DNA of 64,000 nucleotides from an uncultured Verrucomicrobiota bacterium (GTDB lineage Bacteria; Verrucomicrobiota; Verrucomicrobiia; Limisphaerales; CAIYYI01): the NCBI GenBank assembly GCA_903930345.1, contig CAIYYI010000096.1, positions 6,407-70,406 of the forward strand. The letters run 5' to 3'. Position numbers and translations under genes: made by a program. Each line of letters begins with the position of its first letter. Within the stretch, counting starts at the first letter, position 1. The notes beneath the pieces are model-generated. The model had not been told where the DNA came from and searched no databases. It saw only the letters and a list, made by a program, of their open reading frames with translations. Below, piece by piece: positions 6,909 through 16,338 of this stretch.

Positions 6909-9900
6909 ATGATGTTGAAACGTCTCCTTTTGGCGGTTGCAGCCGGCTTTGTCATTGCTGCCATGCCGGTTTTCGGGCAGACCAACGGTTTTCTGCGCGA
7001 AGTCTATACCGGCATCGGGGGCGGCAGTGTGGCCGAGCTGACTTCCGCAGCGGTTTATCCGGCCAGCCCGGCGCTTGAGGATCTGCTCACCAACCTGTTC
7101 GAGGCGCCCAGTGATTGGAACGATTCCTACGGCACCCGGGTGCGGGGGCTGGTGACCGCGCCCGCCACGGGCAGCTATGTGTTCTGGATTGCCAGCGATG
7201 ACGGCAGTCAGTTGTTCCTGAGCACGAATGCCGATCCGGCCAACAAGCGGCTCATCGCCAGCGTCAACGCCTGGACCGCCTCACGGGCGTGGACCACGGA
7301 GGCGAACCAGCAATCGGCAGCGATCACCCTGCAGGCGGGGCAGAAATACTACATTGAGGCGCTCCAGAAAGAAGGCGGCGGCGGCGATAACCTGGCGGTG
7401 GGCTGGCAGTTGCCGGACGGCACCCTGGAGCGGCCGATGGCGGCCTCGCGGGCGGTGCCCTACGGGTTGGGACCGCCGGTGATCACCGGTGGTCCCCAAA
7501 ACATATCCGTGGTGGAGGGCAATGCGGCCAGCTTCACCCTGCAATTGGCGCGATACATCGGCTGCACCTACCAGTGGCAGCGCAACGGCACCAATGTTCC
7601 GGGGGCCCGGGCGGTCACTTACGGGCTGTCTGCCACCCGCCTGGTGGATAGCGGCAGCACCTTCCGCTGCCTGGTGGCCAATCCCTTGGGCTCAGCCACC
7701 AGCGTGGTGGCCACGCTGACGGTGACCCCGGATGTGACGCGCCCCACCCTCAACTCGGTGGGCAGCGTCGGGGACCAGCAAACCGTGGCGGTCTTTTTCT
7801 CGGAGCCGGTGGCGGCGGCGGGGGCCACCAATGCGGCCAACTACACGATCAGCGGTGGGGTGACCGTGCTGGGCGCGCGGTTCGGAACGGATGCGCGGAG
7901 CATCGTTCTGACCACCTCTCCCATGGCGCTGCGCACCACGTACACGCTCACGGTGAACAACGTCCGCGATCTCGCCACGGTGCCGAACCTCATTCTCTCC
8001 AATTCCCAGCGCACCTTCAGCCTGGACTTCACCCCCGCCGATTCCACCTGGCTGCGTCCGGGGCCGGAGCCCATCGGCGCGTCGAGTCGCCGCACGCCCA
8101 TGGTCATCTCTGAGGTGATGTATCATCCGACTAACCGTCTGGATGGCCGGGAACTGGAATTTGTGGAGCTGTATAATTCGCAGCCTTGGCTGGTCGAACT
8201 CGGTGGCTGGCGTTTGTCTGGGGCGGTGGATTATGTGTTTCCCACCAACACCGTCATCGGGGCGCGCAGCTATCTGGTCGTGGCGGCCAGTGTGGCGGAT
8301 CTGAAGGCGGTCTATGGCATCACCAACGTCCTCGGCCCGTTTGCCAACACCAATCGCCTCCAGAATGGCGCGGGCACCCTCCGCCTGCGGGATTCCCGGG
8401 ATGCCATCCTGCTGGAAATGAGCTATACGGGCGATCCGCCTTACCCGGTGGCGGCCGATGGCGCGGGGCATTCGCTCGTGCTGGCCCGCCCCAGCTTTGG
8501 CGGGGGGGATCCGCGCGCCTGGGCCGCCAGCGATGTCCCCGGCGGTTCGCCCGGCCGGGCGGAGACGGCGGGCAGCAATCCTTACCGAACGGTGGTGCTC
8601 AACGAGTTGTTGGCCAACTCCGAGTGGCCTGCAGTGGATTATTTGGAGCTGTACAACTATGGCAACTCACCGGTGAATCTGGCCGGTTGCGTGCTCACTG
8701 ATGATCCGGCGACCAACAAGTTTGTTTTCCCCACTGGCACCACTCTGGCGGCTCAGGGCTTCCTGGCCCTTGCCGAAACGCAGCTTGGGTTCGCCCTGAG
8801 TTCCGAAGGTGAAACCGTGCTGTTGCGCGCCCCGGGCGGCGGGCGGGTCGTTGACGCGCTGCGCTTTGGCGACCAGGCCAGCGGGGTGGCCCTGGGCCGG
8901 TTTCCCGATGGGGCCGTCAATTTTTCGCCGTTGCAGGCTGCCACGCCGGGGACCAACAACGTGCGGCGGCGTCTGCCGGAAGTGGTGATCAACGAGATCA
9001 TGTATGAGCCGATCAGCGGGGATGGCGAGGAGGAATATGTGGAGCTGTTCAACCGGGGCACCAACCAGGTGGACCTGGGCCGGTGGCGCCTCCGGGGGGG
9101 CATTTCCCACACCCTTCCGGCCGGGACGATCCTGGCCCCGGGCGGCTACCTGGTGATCGCCCGCAATGTCGATCTTCTGCGGTCGGTTCACGCCTTGCTT
9201 AACCCCGCCAATTCGCTCGGCAATTTCAGCGGTTCCCTCGGCAACGGGGGCGACCGGGTGGCGCTGGAGCAACCGGAGTTCGTCCCGGCCACCAACGCCT
9301 TGGGTGATCGGGTGACCAACACCCTTCATTGCGTGGTGGATGAAGTGACCTACTGCCCGGGCGGGCGCTGGCCCAAGTGGGCGGCGGGCGGCGGCAGCAG
9401 CCTGGAGCGTCGGGATCCCCGCGCCGATGGGCGGGACGCGGGATCGTGGGCCGATAGCGATGAGGCGGCCAAGACCGACTGGGTGACGGTGGAGGTGACC
9501 GGGGTGCTGGACAACGGTCAGAGTGATGCCGGCTCACTGCAAATCCTGCTGCTGGGTGCGGGGGAGTGCCTGGTGGATAACCTGGAGGTGATTCCCTCCG
9601 GAGAGGTCAACCGGGTGCCCAATCCCACCCTGGACAGTGATGGCACTGGCTATTTTTTCCAGGGTAACCATATTTTCAGCCATCGGGATTCGACGGGTGG
9701 GCAGGGGGGCGGCGGCTGTCTGCACCTGGTGACCTCGGGGCGCGGGGATACGGGCGCCAACCGGGTGCGCGTGCCGCTGACCAGCGCGCTCAGTTCCGGC
9801 CAGACGGCCACGCTGCGCGCCCGGGTGCGCTGGCTCAAGGGCGCGCCCCAGATTCTGTTGCGCTTGCACGGCGGCTGGCTGGAGGCCCCCGGTGATCTGG

Positions 9901-12900
9901 TCAATGTCCGCAATCTGGGCACCCCGGGCCGCATCAACAGCCGCGCCACCGCCAATGCCGGGCCGGCGATCACCGGGGTGTCGCACTTCCCGGTCCTGCC
10001 CGCAGCGAGCGAAGTGGTCACCGTGATGGCCCGGGTGCAGGATCCGGACGGCTTGGCGTCGCTGGTGTTGAAATACCGGATCGAGCCTTCCACCAACTTC
10101 ACCCTGCTAAGCATGACCTACCGTGGGGCCGGGCTGTTCACCGCCGGTTTGCCGGGCCAGGTGGCGGGGACGATGGTTGATTTTCACATTGAAGCCATGG
10201 ACAACGGGGGGGCGGCGGCGGCCATCACGCTGTTTCCGGAGGATGCGCCGCAGCGCGAGTGTCAGGTGCGCTGGGGAGAGCCGGCCCAAAACGGTGCGCT
10301 GGGCGTTTACCGCGTCTGGGTGAGCGACCGGATTCTGAAGCAGTGGGTGGAACGCGAGAAAATGAGCAACGACGGGCTGGATACCACGTTCGTCTATGGG
10401 GGCTCACGGGTGATCTACAACATGAACTCGCAGTACAGCGGCAGCCCCTACCACAGTCCGGGCTACAATTCCCCGGTGGGGAACAACTGCGACTACGTGC
10501 TGAACTTCCCGGCGGATGACCGGCTCCTGGGGGAGGGGGATTTCAACCTGCTCCAGCCCGGCAACGGGGGGGGCGACGGCACCCTCCAGACCGAGCAGCA
10601 GGCCTACTGGCTGGCCGGTCAGATGGGGTTGCCCGTCTGTTATCACCGCAGCATCCATTTGTTCATCAATGGAAATCGCCGGGGCGCCCTCTACGAGGAC
10701 TCCCAGCAGCCCAATAACGAGTTCGTGCAGCAATATTATCCTGATGACCCCGACGGCGATCTGCATAAAATCCAGCTCTGGTTCGAATTTGACGATGCGG
10801 CTTCCGGCTTTAGCGCCGCCGGTGCCAGCCTGAGCCGGTACCTGACGACGGGAGGGGCGCGGAAGCTGACTCCTTACCGCTGGAATTGGGCCAAGCGCGC
10901 CTATGGTCGGCAGGCGAATGATTATTCCAGCCTCTTCCAGTTGGTGGAGACCGTCAACACCTCCGCCACCGGCGATGCCTACACCCGTGCGCTCCAGGCG
11001 GAGGTGGATGTGGACCAGTGGTACCGCACCCATGTGGTGGAGCACATCGTTGGCAACAATGACAGCTACTCCTACGGCGGCGGCCAGAACATGTTCATTT
11101 ACAAACCGCGCCAGGGGCCTTGGAATCTGCTCATCTGGGACATTGATTTTGCCTTCGGCTCCGGCGACCCCACCAGCGACCTCTTTGGCATCGGGGGCGC
11201 CAACGTGGGGCCCGTGAATTACCACCCCCCCTTCGCCCGCATCTATTGGCAGGCGCTGCTGGATGCCGCCAATGGTCCTCTGGTGGCAGCGCGCGCCAAC
11301 GCCGTGCTGGATGCGCGCTACAATGCCATGGTGGCGGATGGCATCAGCCCGGGCAGCCCGCAGGGCATCAAGGATTTCATCGCCCAGCGGCGCACGTACA
11401 TCCTCGGCCTGGTGGCGGCCAATACCTTCCCGTTCGCCCTGACCGCCAATGGTGGCGGCAATTTCGCCACCAATCGCAACCTGATCACCCTCACCGGTAC
11501 CGCTCCGCTGCCGGTGCGCAGCCTGGTGGTCAACGGCCTGCCGGTGGAGGTCACCTGGACCACGCTCAGCAACTGGACCGCCCGGGTCCTGCTGGCGGCC
11601 GGCAGCAATCTTCTCCAGGTGCAGGGCCTGGATTCCCGTGGCGTGCCGGTGGCCGGGGCAGCGGATACCCAGACCATCCAATATACCGGGGCGGCTGAGT
11701 CACCCGTGGGCCGGGTGGTGATCAATGAGATCATGTATCATCCTGTCCAGCCCGGGGCGGAATTCGTCGAGCTTTACAACACCTCGGCCCAAAACGCCTT
11801 TGACTTGGGTGGCTGGGTTCTGGACGGGGCCGGTTTCACATTTCCCAGTGGCACAGTGCTGGAGGCAGGCGCCTATCTGGTGGTGGCCCAAGATGCCGTC
11901 GTGTTTTCGGCCGCCTATGGCTCCGGCCTCCCGCTGGCCGGGGTATTTGACGGCGTGCTGGATAACCAGGGCGAGACCCTGCGCCTCATCAAGCCCGGGA
12001 CCAGCCCGGCCCTGGATTTGGTCGTGGATCAGGTGACTTTTGATCGCCACGCCCCGTGGCCGGTGGAGGCCGATGGCGATGGGGCCTCCCTCCAGTTGGT
12101 CGATGCGTTGCGGGACAACGCCCGGGTGGCCAATTGGGCGGCGGTTTCCACCAATGCGGCCCCCCCCGCCTCACAGTGGCGCTATGCCACCTTCACGGGC
12201 ACCGCCTCCAGTTCCGCCCTTTACATCTACCTCCAGTCGGCGGGGGATGTTTACCTTGACGACGTGAAGCTGGTGGCCGGCAGCGTGGCGGAAGCCGGGG
12301 TCAACGTGCTGGCCAACGGTGATTTCGAAAGCACTTTTCCGGGACCGTATGTGGTGGCCGCCAATCACGCCGGGTCGGTGTTGACCACGGTCTTCAAACA
12401 CGGGGGGGGCGCCAGCCTCCACGTTGTGGCCAGTGTGGGGGGCTCGACCCGGGGTTCGAGCATTTGCCAGGACATCACCCCGGCCCTGGCCTCGGGGCAG
12501 ACCTACACCCTCAGCTTCTGGTATCTCCCGGGCGCGAATGGCGGTTCGCTCACTTTCCGGTTGTCCGGCTCGGGTATCAACGCCTCGGTCAGTCTGTCAC
12601 CCGGTGCCGTTCCGGTGCTGGCCCGTTACACCCCGGGCCAGCCGAATTCCGTGCGGGCCAGCCGGGCGGAATTGCCCTCCCTCTGGCTCAACGAGGCGGC
12701 TCCGCGCAACGTCACCGGGGCTGCTGATCGGTTCGGCGAGGTGGACCCGTGGGTGGAGCTGTATAACGGGGGTTCCAACACGCTCAGCCTGGCCGGCTGT
12801 TATCTCACGGATGATTTCACGAACCTGCTGGCCTGGCCGTTTCCCGCCAGTGCGTCTGTCGGGGCGGGCCAATGCCTGCTGGTCTGGGCCGATGGCGAGC

Positions 12901-15900
12901 CGTCCGAGACCGGCGCGGGGGAATGGCATGCCAGCTTCCGTCTGGCGGCGGCCGGCGGTTCGGTGGCCGTGGTCAGCACCAACGGCGGACGGACCAATGT
13001 GCTCGATTACCTCCATTATTCGGTGGGGGGGCCGGACCGTTCTTTTGGGGCTTATCCGGATGGGGATCCCGGTGGTCGGCGCGAGCTGTTCATCCCCACG
13101 CCGGGCGCCACCAACAATCCGGGCGCGCTGCCCCTGACCGTCCTCATCAATGAATGGATGGCCGATAATTCGACCACCATCGCCGATCCGTCCGACCAGG
13201 ATTTTGAGGATTGGTTTGAGCTGTATAATCCGAACGTGGAGGCGGTGGATCTCTCCGGCTGTTACCTGACCGACACGCTGAGCCAGCCCCTCAAGTGGCA
13301 GATTCCTCCGGGCGTAATCCTGCCGGGGAACTCCTTCCTGCTGGTGTGGGCCGACAATGAGCCGGAGCAGAACTACCTGCCCGGGAACACCGATCTCCAC
13401 GCCGGTTTCCAACTGAGCGCCGGGGGGGAGGCGATCGGCCTGTTTTCACCTAACGGCATGGTGCAATCAGCCGTCACTTTCGGCCGCCAAACCCCGGACG
13501 TCAGCGAGGGCCGCGTGCCGGATGGTTCGCCCGCCATCTCCGTTCTGACCGCCAGTTCCCCGGGCTCCTCGAATCTTCTGCCCCCGCCAGAATCGAAAAC
13601 CTTCAACGGTCTGGAGGCGGGTCTCCTCACCCTGACGCTGGGTCCGGCCACCAACAGCCTGGGCCAGCCGTTGCAGTATGTGATCCTCCAAGCACCCCGG
13701 CACGGCACGCTGACCACGAACGGAGAGGGTGGCTTCATCTACACGCCAGCCCCATTTTTCAATGGCGTGGATGCCTTTCAGATTGCCGTCACGGATGGGC
13801 GCCACACCTCCGCTCCCGGCCAGGTCACGGTCAATATCACGCCGGTGAACAGTGTTTCCCCGTACCTGTTTTATCCGGCAAGCTTCACCGGGCTCTGGTT
13901 CCCGCCCGCCGCCATGGTTGCTGGCGATCTTAACGCGGACACCAACCTGGACCTCGCCATCGCCTCATCCACCGGCCTGGTCAGACTCTTGGCTGGCAAT
14001 GGCCAGGGCGGCTGGACCAGCCTGGGCGATCTGCCCACTGGAGGCAGCCCGGTGGCCCTCTGGCTGGCGGATGTGGATCGGGATGCCAAAACCGATGTGA
14101 TCGTGCTCGATGCGACCAACGGAACCGTCAACCTCTGGCGTCATTCCAGCGGCACCAATTTTTCCTCCCCGTTGACCATCACGCTGGGAGGCCAGTTGAC
14201 GGCCTTGGCGGTGGCCGATCTCAACCAGGACAGTCGGCCGGATATCGTGGTGACGGATGCGGCCAGGAGTTGTCTCTGGGTGATGCTGGGCAATGTCACC
14301 AACCTGTTTGATTCGCCCGTGGTCTTCCCTGTGGGGGGGCACCCGTCGGCCCTGGTGACTGCTGACTTCACCCGGGATGGCCGTCTGGATGTGGTGGCCG
14401 CCTGCGACGAGGGCCTGTACCTGCTCCCTAATAGCGCCAACACCCTCTTCTCCCCCGCTGTGGTCATTCCCGGAAACCATGCCGCCGCCTTGGCAGCCGG
14501 TGACTTTGACCATGATGGTGCGGTGGATTTGGCCCTGGCTGACAATGCCAGCGGCGAACTCCAGCTCCTCCTCAACAATCTGGCGGGATCCCTGACCAAT
14601 TCCCAAAGCCTCTGGGTGGGCGGCCTGATCACCGCCCTGGATGCCCATGACTTCACCGGGGATGGATTGGTGGATGTCGCCCTGACTGACTCCCTGGATT
14701 CCAGCCTGCGCATCCTGCCCGGCAGCACCAATGGCGGGCTGGTCACCTATTATCAGGATGACGGTGTTTATTATCAGGCCGGGCTTGACCCGGTGAGCCT
14801 GGCGGCTGGCGATTTCAACCGGGACGGCCTGCCGGATCTGGTGGTGGCAAATCGGGGCTCGCAGGATTTTGCGCTCTACCTGAGCAACCGGGTGCCCCTG
14901 GCCCGCTCCTTCAGCCTGCTCACTCTGGAGGACAAACCGGTCCGCGCCAATCTGGGCGACAATGTCTGGCCGTTGGTCTATACCCTCACCCAGCCTCCGG
15001 CCAGCGGCACCCTGCTGGGCCTGGCTCCCGATCTGACCTACGTGCCCAACACCAACTTCTTTGGCCGGGATGTCTTCCAGTACACCGTCACGGACGGCCG
15101 TCTGACCTCCGGCGTCGCCAGCGTGACCATCATGGTGCAAGCGGTGAACGATGCCCCGGTCTTCAGCCTGGCGGCCACCGAGCTTTACGTGGCGGAGGAT
15201 TGCCCGTCGCAGACCCTTTCCAATCTGATCACGGGTGTCCGCCCGGGGCCGGATAACGAAGCCTCCCAGAGTCTGCGCTTCTCGGCCAGCGCCGGGGATC
15301 CAACCCTGTTCACCGCGCAGCCGCTTTTCAATTCGGCGGGAACCCTCTCTTTCACCCCGGCCCGCAACCGTTACGGCACCACACCCATCACCGTCCGGGC
15401 GATCGATACTGGCGGCGCCGTGAACGGCGGGGTCAACACCTCGCCACCGCGTACCCTGACGCTGCATCTGACCAACGTCAATGACACCCCCTCGATCTCC
15501 CTGCTGGACGGCCTCACCGTTTTGGAGGATCAGCCCGCCACCTTCGCCCTGACCGTGGCGGATCAGGAAACCATCCCCGCCCAACTGGCCTTCACCGTCA
15601 CGGCGGACAACCCGGCGTTGGTGCCGCCGCAAGGCATCCAGGTGTCAGCCAATGGCAGCAATCGGCTGGTCACGGTTTCCTCCCGGACCAATGTCTGGGG
15701 GAAAACCAGGCTGACCTTCACCGTCAGTGATGGCACCAACACCTCCTCCCGCACCACCACGCTCACGGTGAACCCGGTGAATGATGCGCCCGCCTTTGTG
15801 CTGATCACCAACCAGATCGTGGTGCGCGCCGGCCAGCCGGTCTATGCCAAGTCGATCATCGCCAGCGCCACCATGGGCCCCGCCGATGAGTCCGCCCAGA

Positions 15901-16109
15901 CCCCCATCTACACGATGACGGTAACCGCCAATTCACTATTCACCACCCCGCCCACGCTGAGCGCCGCCGGCATCCTCACCCTAAAACCGCGCACCGGAAC
16001 CTCCGGCAGTGTTTCGGCAAGGGTCACCCTCAGGGATTCCGGTGGCACGGCCTTCGGCGGCAAGGACACCTACGGCCCGATACCCCTGACGATCACGGTC
16101 CAGCCCTGA
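6909..16109 (+). CDS. Giant secreted multidomain protein (3066 aa): PA14-like, Ig-like, 6 lamin-tail domains, CotH kinase-fold domain, FG-GAP/VCBS propeller, cadherin-like repeats
   Basis: Single uninterrupted ORF starting at ATG 6909 with signal peptide MMLKRLLLAVAAGFVIAAMPVFGQ. PA14-like: aa 27-175 (YVFWIASDDGSQLFL...GQKYYIEALQKEGGGGD). Ig-like: aa 188-273. LTDs start at aa ~397, 560, 690, 1600, 1924 and 2077, each with an [VL]INE[IVW]..-[FY][VL]ELYN-like core. CotH-like: aa ~1115-1500 (FVYGGSRVIYN, YSGSPYH, WFEFDD, LLIWDIDFAFG). Seven FG-GAP-like D-x-[DN]-x-D-G/x-x-D blades: aa ~2325-2660. VNDAP/VNDTP-bounded ~105-aa repeats run to the C-terminus. Confidence 0.9.
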   Translation: MMLKRLLLAVAAGFVIAAMPVFGQTNGFLREVYTGIGGGSVAELTSAAVYPASPALEDLLTNLFEAPSDWNDSYGTRVRGLVTAPATGSYVFWIASDDGSQLFLSTNADPANKRLIASVNAWTASRAWTTEANQQSAAITLQAGQKYYIEALQKEGGGGDNLAVGWQLPDGTLERPMAASRAVPYGLGPPVITGGPQNISVVEGNAASFTLQLARYIGCTYQWQRNGTNVPGARAVTYGLSATRLVDSGSTFRCLVANPLGSATSVVATLTVTPDVTRPTLNSVGSVGDQQTVAVFFSEPVAAAGATNAANYTISGGVTVLGARFGTDARSIVLTTSPMALRTTYTLTVNNVRDLATVPNLILSNSQRTFSLDFTPADSTWLRPGPEPIGASSRRTPMVISEVMYHPTNRLDGRELEFVELYNSQPWLVELGGWRLSGAVDYVFPTNTVIGARSYLVVAASVADLKAVYGITNVLGPFANTNRLQNGAGTLRLRDSRDAILLEMSYTGDPPYPVAADGAGHSLVLARPSFGGGDPRAWAASDVPGGSPGRAETAGSNPYRTVVLNELLANSEWPAVDYLELYNYGNSPVNLAGCVLTDDPATNKFVFPTGTTLAAQGFLALAETQLGFALSSEGETVLLRAPGGGRVVDALRFGDQASGVALGRFPDGAVNFSPLQAATPGTNNVRRRLPEVVINEIMYEPISGDGEEEYVELFNRGTNQVDLGRWRLRGGISHTLPAGTILAPGGYLVIARNVDLLRSVHALLNPANSLGNFSGSLGNGGDRVALEQPEFVPATNALGDRVTNTLHCVVDEVTYCPGGRWPKWAAGGGSSLERRDPRADGRDAGSWADSDEAAKTDWVTVEVTGVLDNGQSDAGSLQILLLGAGECLVDNLEVIPSGEVNRVPNPTLDSDGTGYFFQGNHIFSHRDSTGGQGGGGCLHLVTSGRGDTGANRVRVPLTSALSSGQTATLRARVRWLKGAPQILLRLHGGWLEAPGDLVNVRNLGTPGRINSRATANAGPAITGVSHFPVLPAASEVVTVMARVQDPDGLASLVLKYRIEPSTNFTLLSMTYRGAGLFTAGLPGQVAGTMVDFHIEAMDNGGAAAAITLFPEDAPQRECQVRWGEPAQNGALGVYRVWVSDRILKQWVEREKMSNDGLDTTFVYGGSRVIYNMNSQYSGSPYHSPGYNSPVGNNCDYVLNFPADDRLLGEGDFNLLQPGNGGGDGTLQTEQQAYWLAGQMGLPVCYHRSIHLFINGNRRGALYEDSQQPNNEFVQQYYPDDPDGDLHKIQLWFEFDDAASGFSAAGASLSRYLTTGGARKLTPYRWNWAKRAYGRQANDYSSLFQLVETVNTSATGDAYTRALQAEVDVDQWYRTHVVEHIVGNNDSYSYGGGQNMFIYKPRQGPWNLLIWDIDFAFGSGDPTSDLFGIGGANVGPVNYHPPFARIYWQALLDAANGPLVAARANAVLDARYNAMVADGISPGSPQGIKDFIAQRRTYILGLVAANTFPFALTANGGGNFATNRNLITLTGTAPLPVRSLVVNGLPVEVTWTTLSNWTARVLLAAGSNLLQVQGLDSRGVPVAGAADTQTIQYTGAAESPVGRVVINEIMYHPVQPGAEFVELYNTSAQNAFDLGGWVLDGAGFTFPSGTVLEAGAYLVVAQDAVVFSAAYGSGLPLAGVFDGVLDNQGETLRLIKPGTSPALDLVVDQVTFDRHAPWPVEADGDGASLQLVDALRDNARVANWAAVSTNAAPPASQWRYATFTGTASSSALYIYLQSAGDVYLDDVKLVAGSVAEAGVNVLANGDFESTFPGPYVVAANHAGSVLTTVFKHGGGASLHVVASVGGSTRGSSICQDITPALASGQTYTLSFWYLPGANGGSLTFRLSGSGINASVSLSPGAVPVLARYTPGQPNSVRASRAELPSLWLNEAAPRNVTGAADRFGEVDPWVELYNGGSNTLSLAGCYLTDDFTNLLAWPFPASASVGAGQCLLVWADGEPSETGAGEWHASFRLAAAGGSVAVVSTNGGRTNVLDYLHYSVGGPDRSFGAYPDGDPGGRRELFIPTPGATNNPGALPLTVLINEWMADNSTTIADPSDQDFEDWFELYNPNVEAVDLSGCYLTDTLSQPLKWQIPPGVILPGNSFLLVWADNEPEQNYLPGNTDLHAGFQLSAGGEAIGLFSPNGMVQSAVTFGRQTPDVSEGRVPDGSPAISVLTASSPGSSNLLPPPESKTFNGLEAGLLTLTLGPATNSLGQPLQYVILQAPRHGTLTTNGEGGFIYTPAPFFNGVDAFQIAVTDGRHTSAPGQVTVNITPVNSVSPYLFYPASFTGLWFPPAAMVAGDLNADTNLDLAIASSTGLVRLLAGNGQGGWTSLGDLPTGGSPVALWLADVDRDAKTDVIVLDATNGTVNLWRHSSGTNFSSPLTITLGGQLTALAVADLNQDSRPDIVVTDAARSCLWVMLGNVTNLFDSPVVFPVGGHPSALVTADFTRDGRLDVVAACDEGLYLLPNSANTLFSPAVVIPGNHAAALAAGDFDHDGAVDLALADNASGELQLLLNNLAGSLTNSQSLWVGGLITALDAHDFTGDGLVDVALTDSLDSSLRILPGSTNGGLVTYYQDDGVYYQAGLDPVSLAAGDFNRDGLPDLVVANRGSQDFALYLSNRVPLARSFSLLTLEDKPVRANLGDNVWPLVYTLTQPPASGTLLGLAPDLTYVPNTNFFGRDVFQYTVTDGRLTSGVASVTIMVQAVNDAPVFSLAATELYVAEDCPSQTLSNLITGVRPGPDNEASQSLRFSASAGDPTLFTAQPLFNSAGTLSFTPARNRYGTTPITVRAIDTGGAVNGGVNTSPPRTLTLHLTNVNDTPSISLLDGLTVLEDQPATFALTVADQETIPAQLAFTVTADNPALVPPQGIQVSANGSNRLVTVSSRTNVWGKTRLTFTVSDGTNTSSRTTTLTVNPVNDAPAFVLITNQIVVRAGQPVYAKSIIASATMGPADESAQTPIYTMTVTANSLFTTPPTLSAAGILTLKPRTGTSGSVSARVTLRDSGGTAFGGKDTYGPIPLTITVQP

Positions 16110-16338
16110 GGTCGGCCCCGCAGCTTCCTTCTCCGGTCAAAACGCCGGTTCTCATGATTTTGCGGCCATGAGTTTTTCTGAACCATTTTTTTATTCCATT
16201 CGCTAATGTGACTGTGATAGAACCATAAAGTCACTTGGCGAACAAAAATGCTGTTTATGGGATTATTGCAGGCTGAAGTCCGGCCTTCACCTCGACAGCG
16301 CCTGGTGAAGTAGTTTCCCGCAAGGGGTTTCATTGCAT

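Noticed and set aside
10780-10788. GGTTCGAAT, a T-loop-like tRNA signature.
   Set aside because: It lies inside the giant gene's reading frame (codons for L-W-F-E-F-D). No acceptor or anticodon stems can be drawn around it.
6909-16109. Diversity-generating retroelement or other targeted-variation system acting on the giant adhesin-like genes.
   Set aside because: No reverse transcriptase, template repeat or near-identical DNA repeat pair is visible in the window. The two giant genes are too diverged for ongoing gene conversion.
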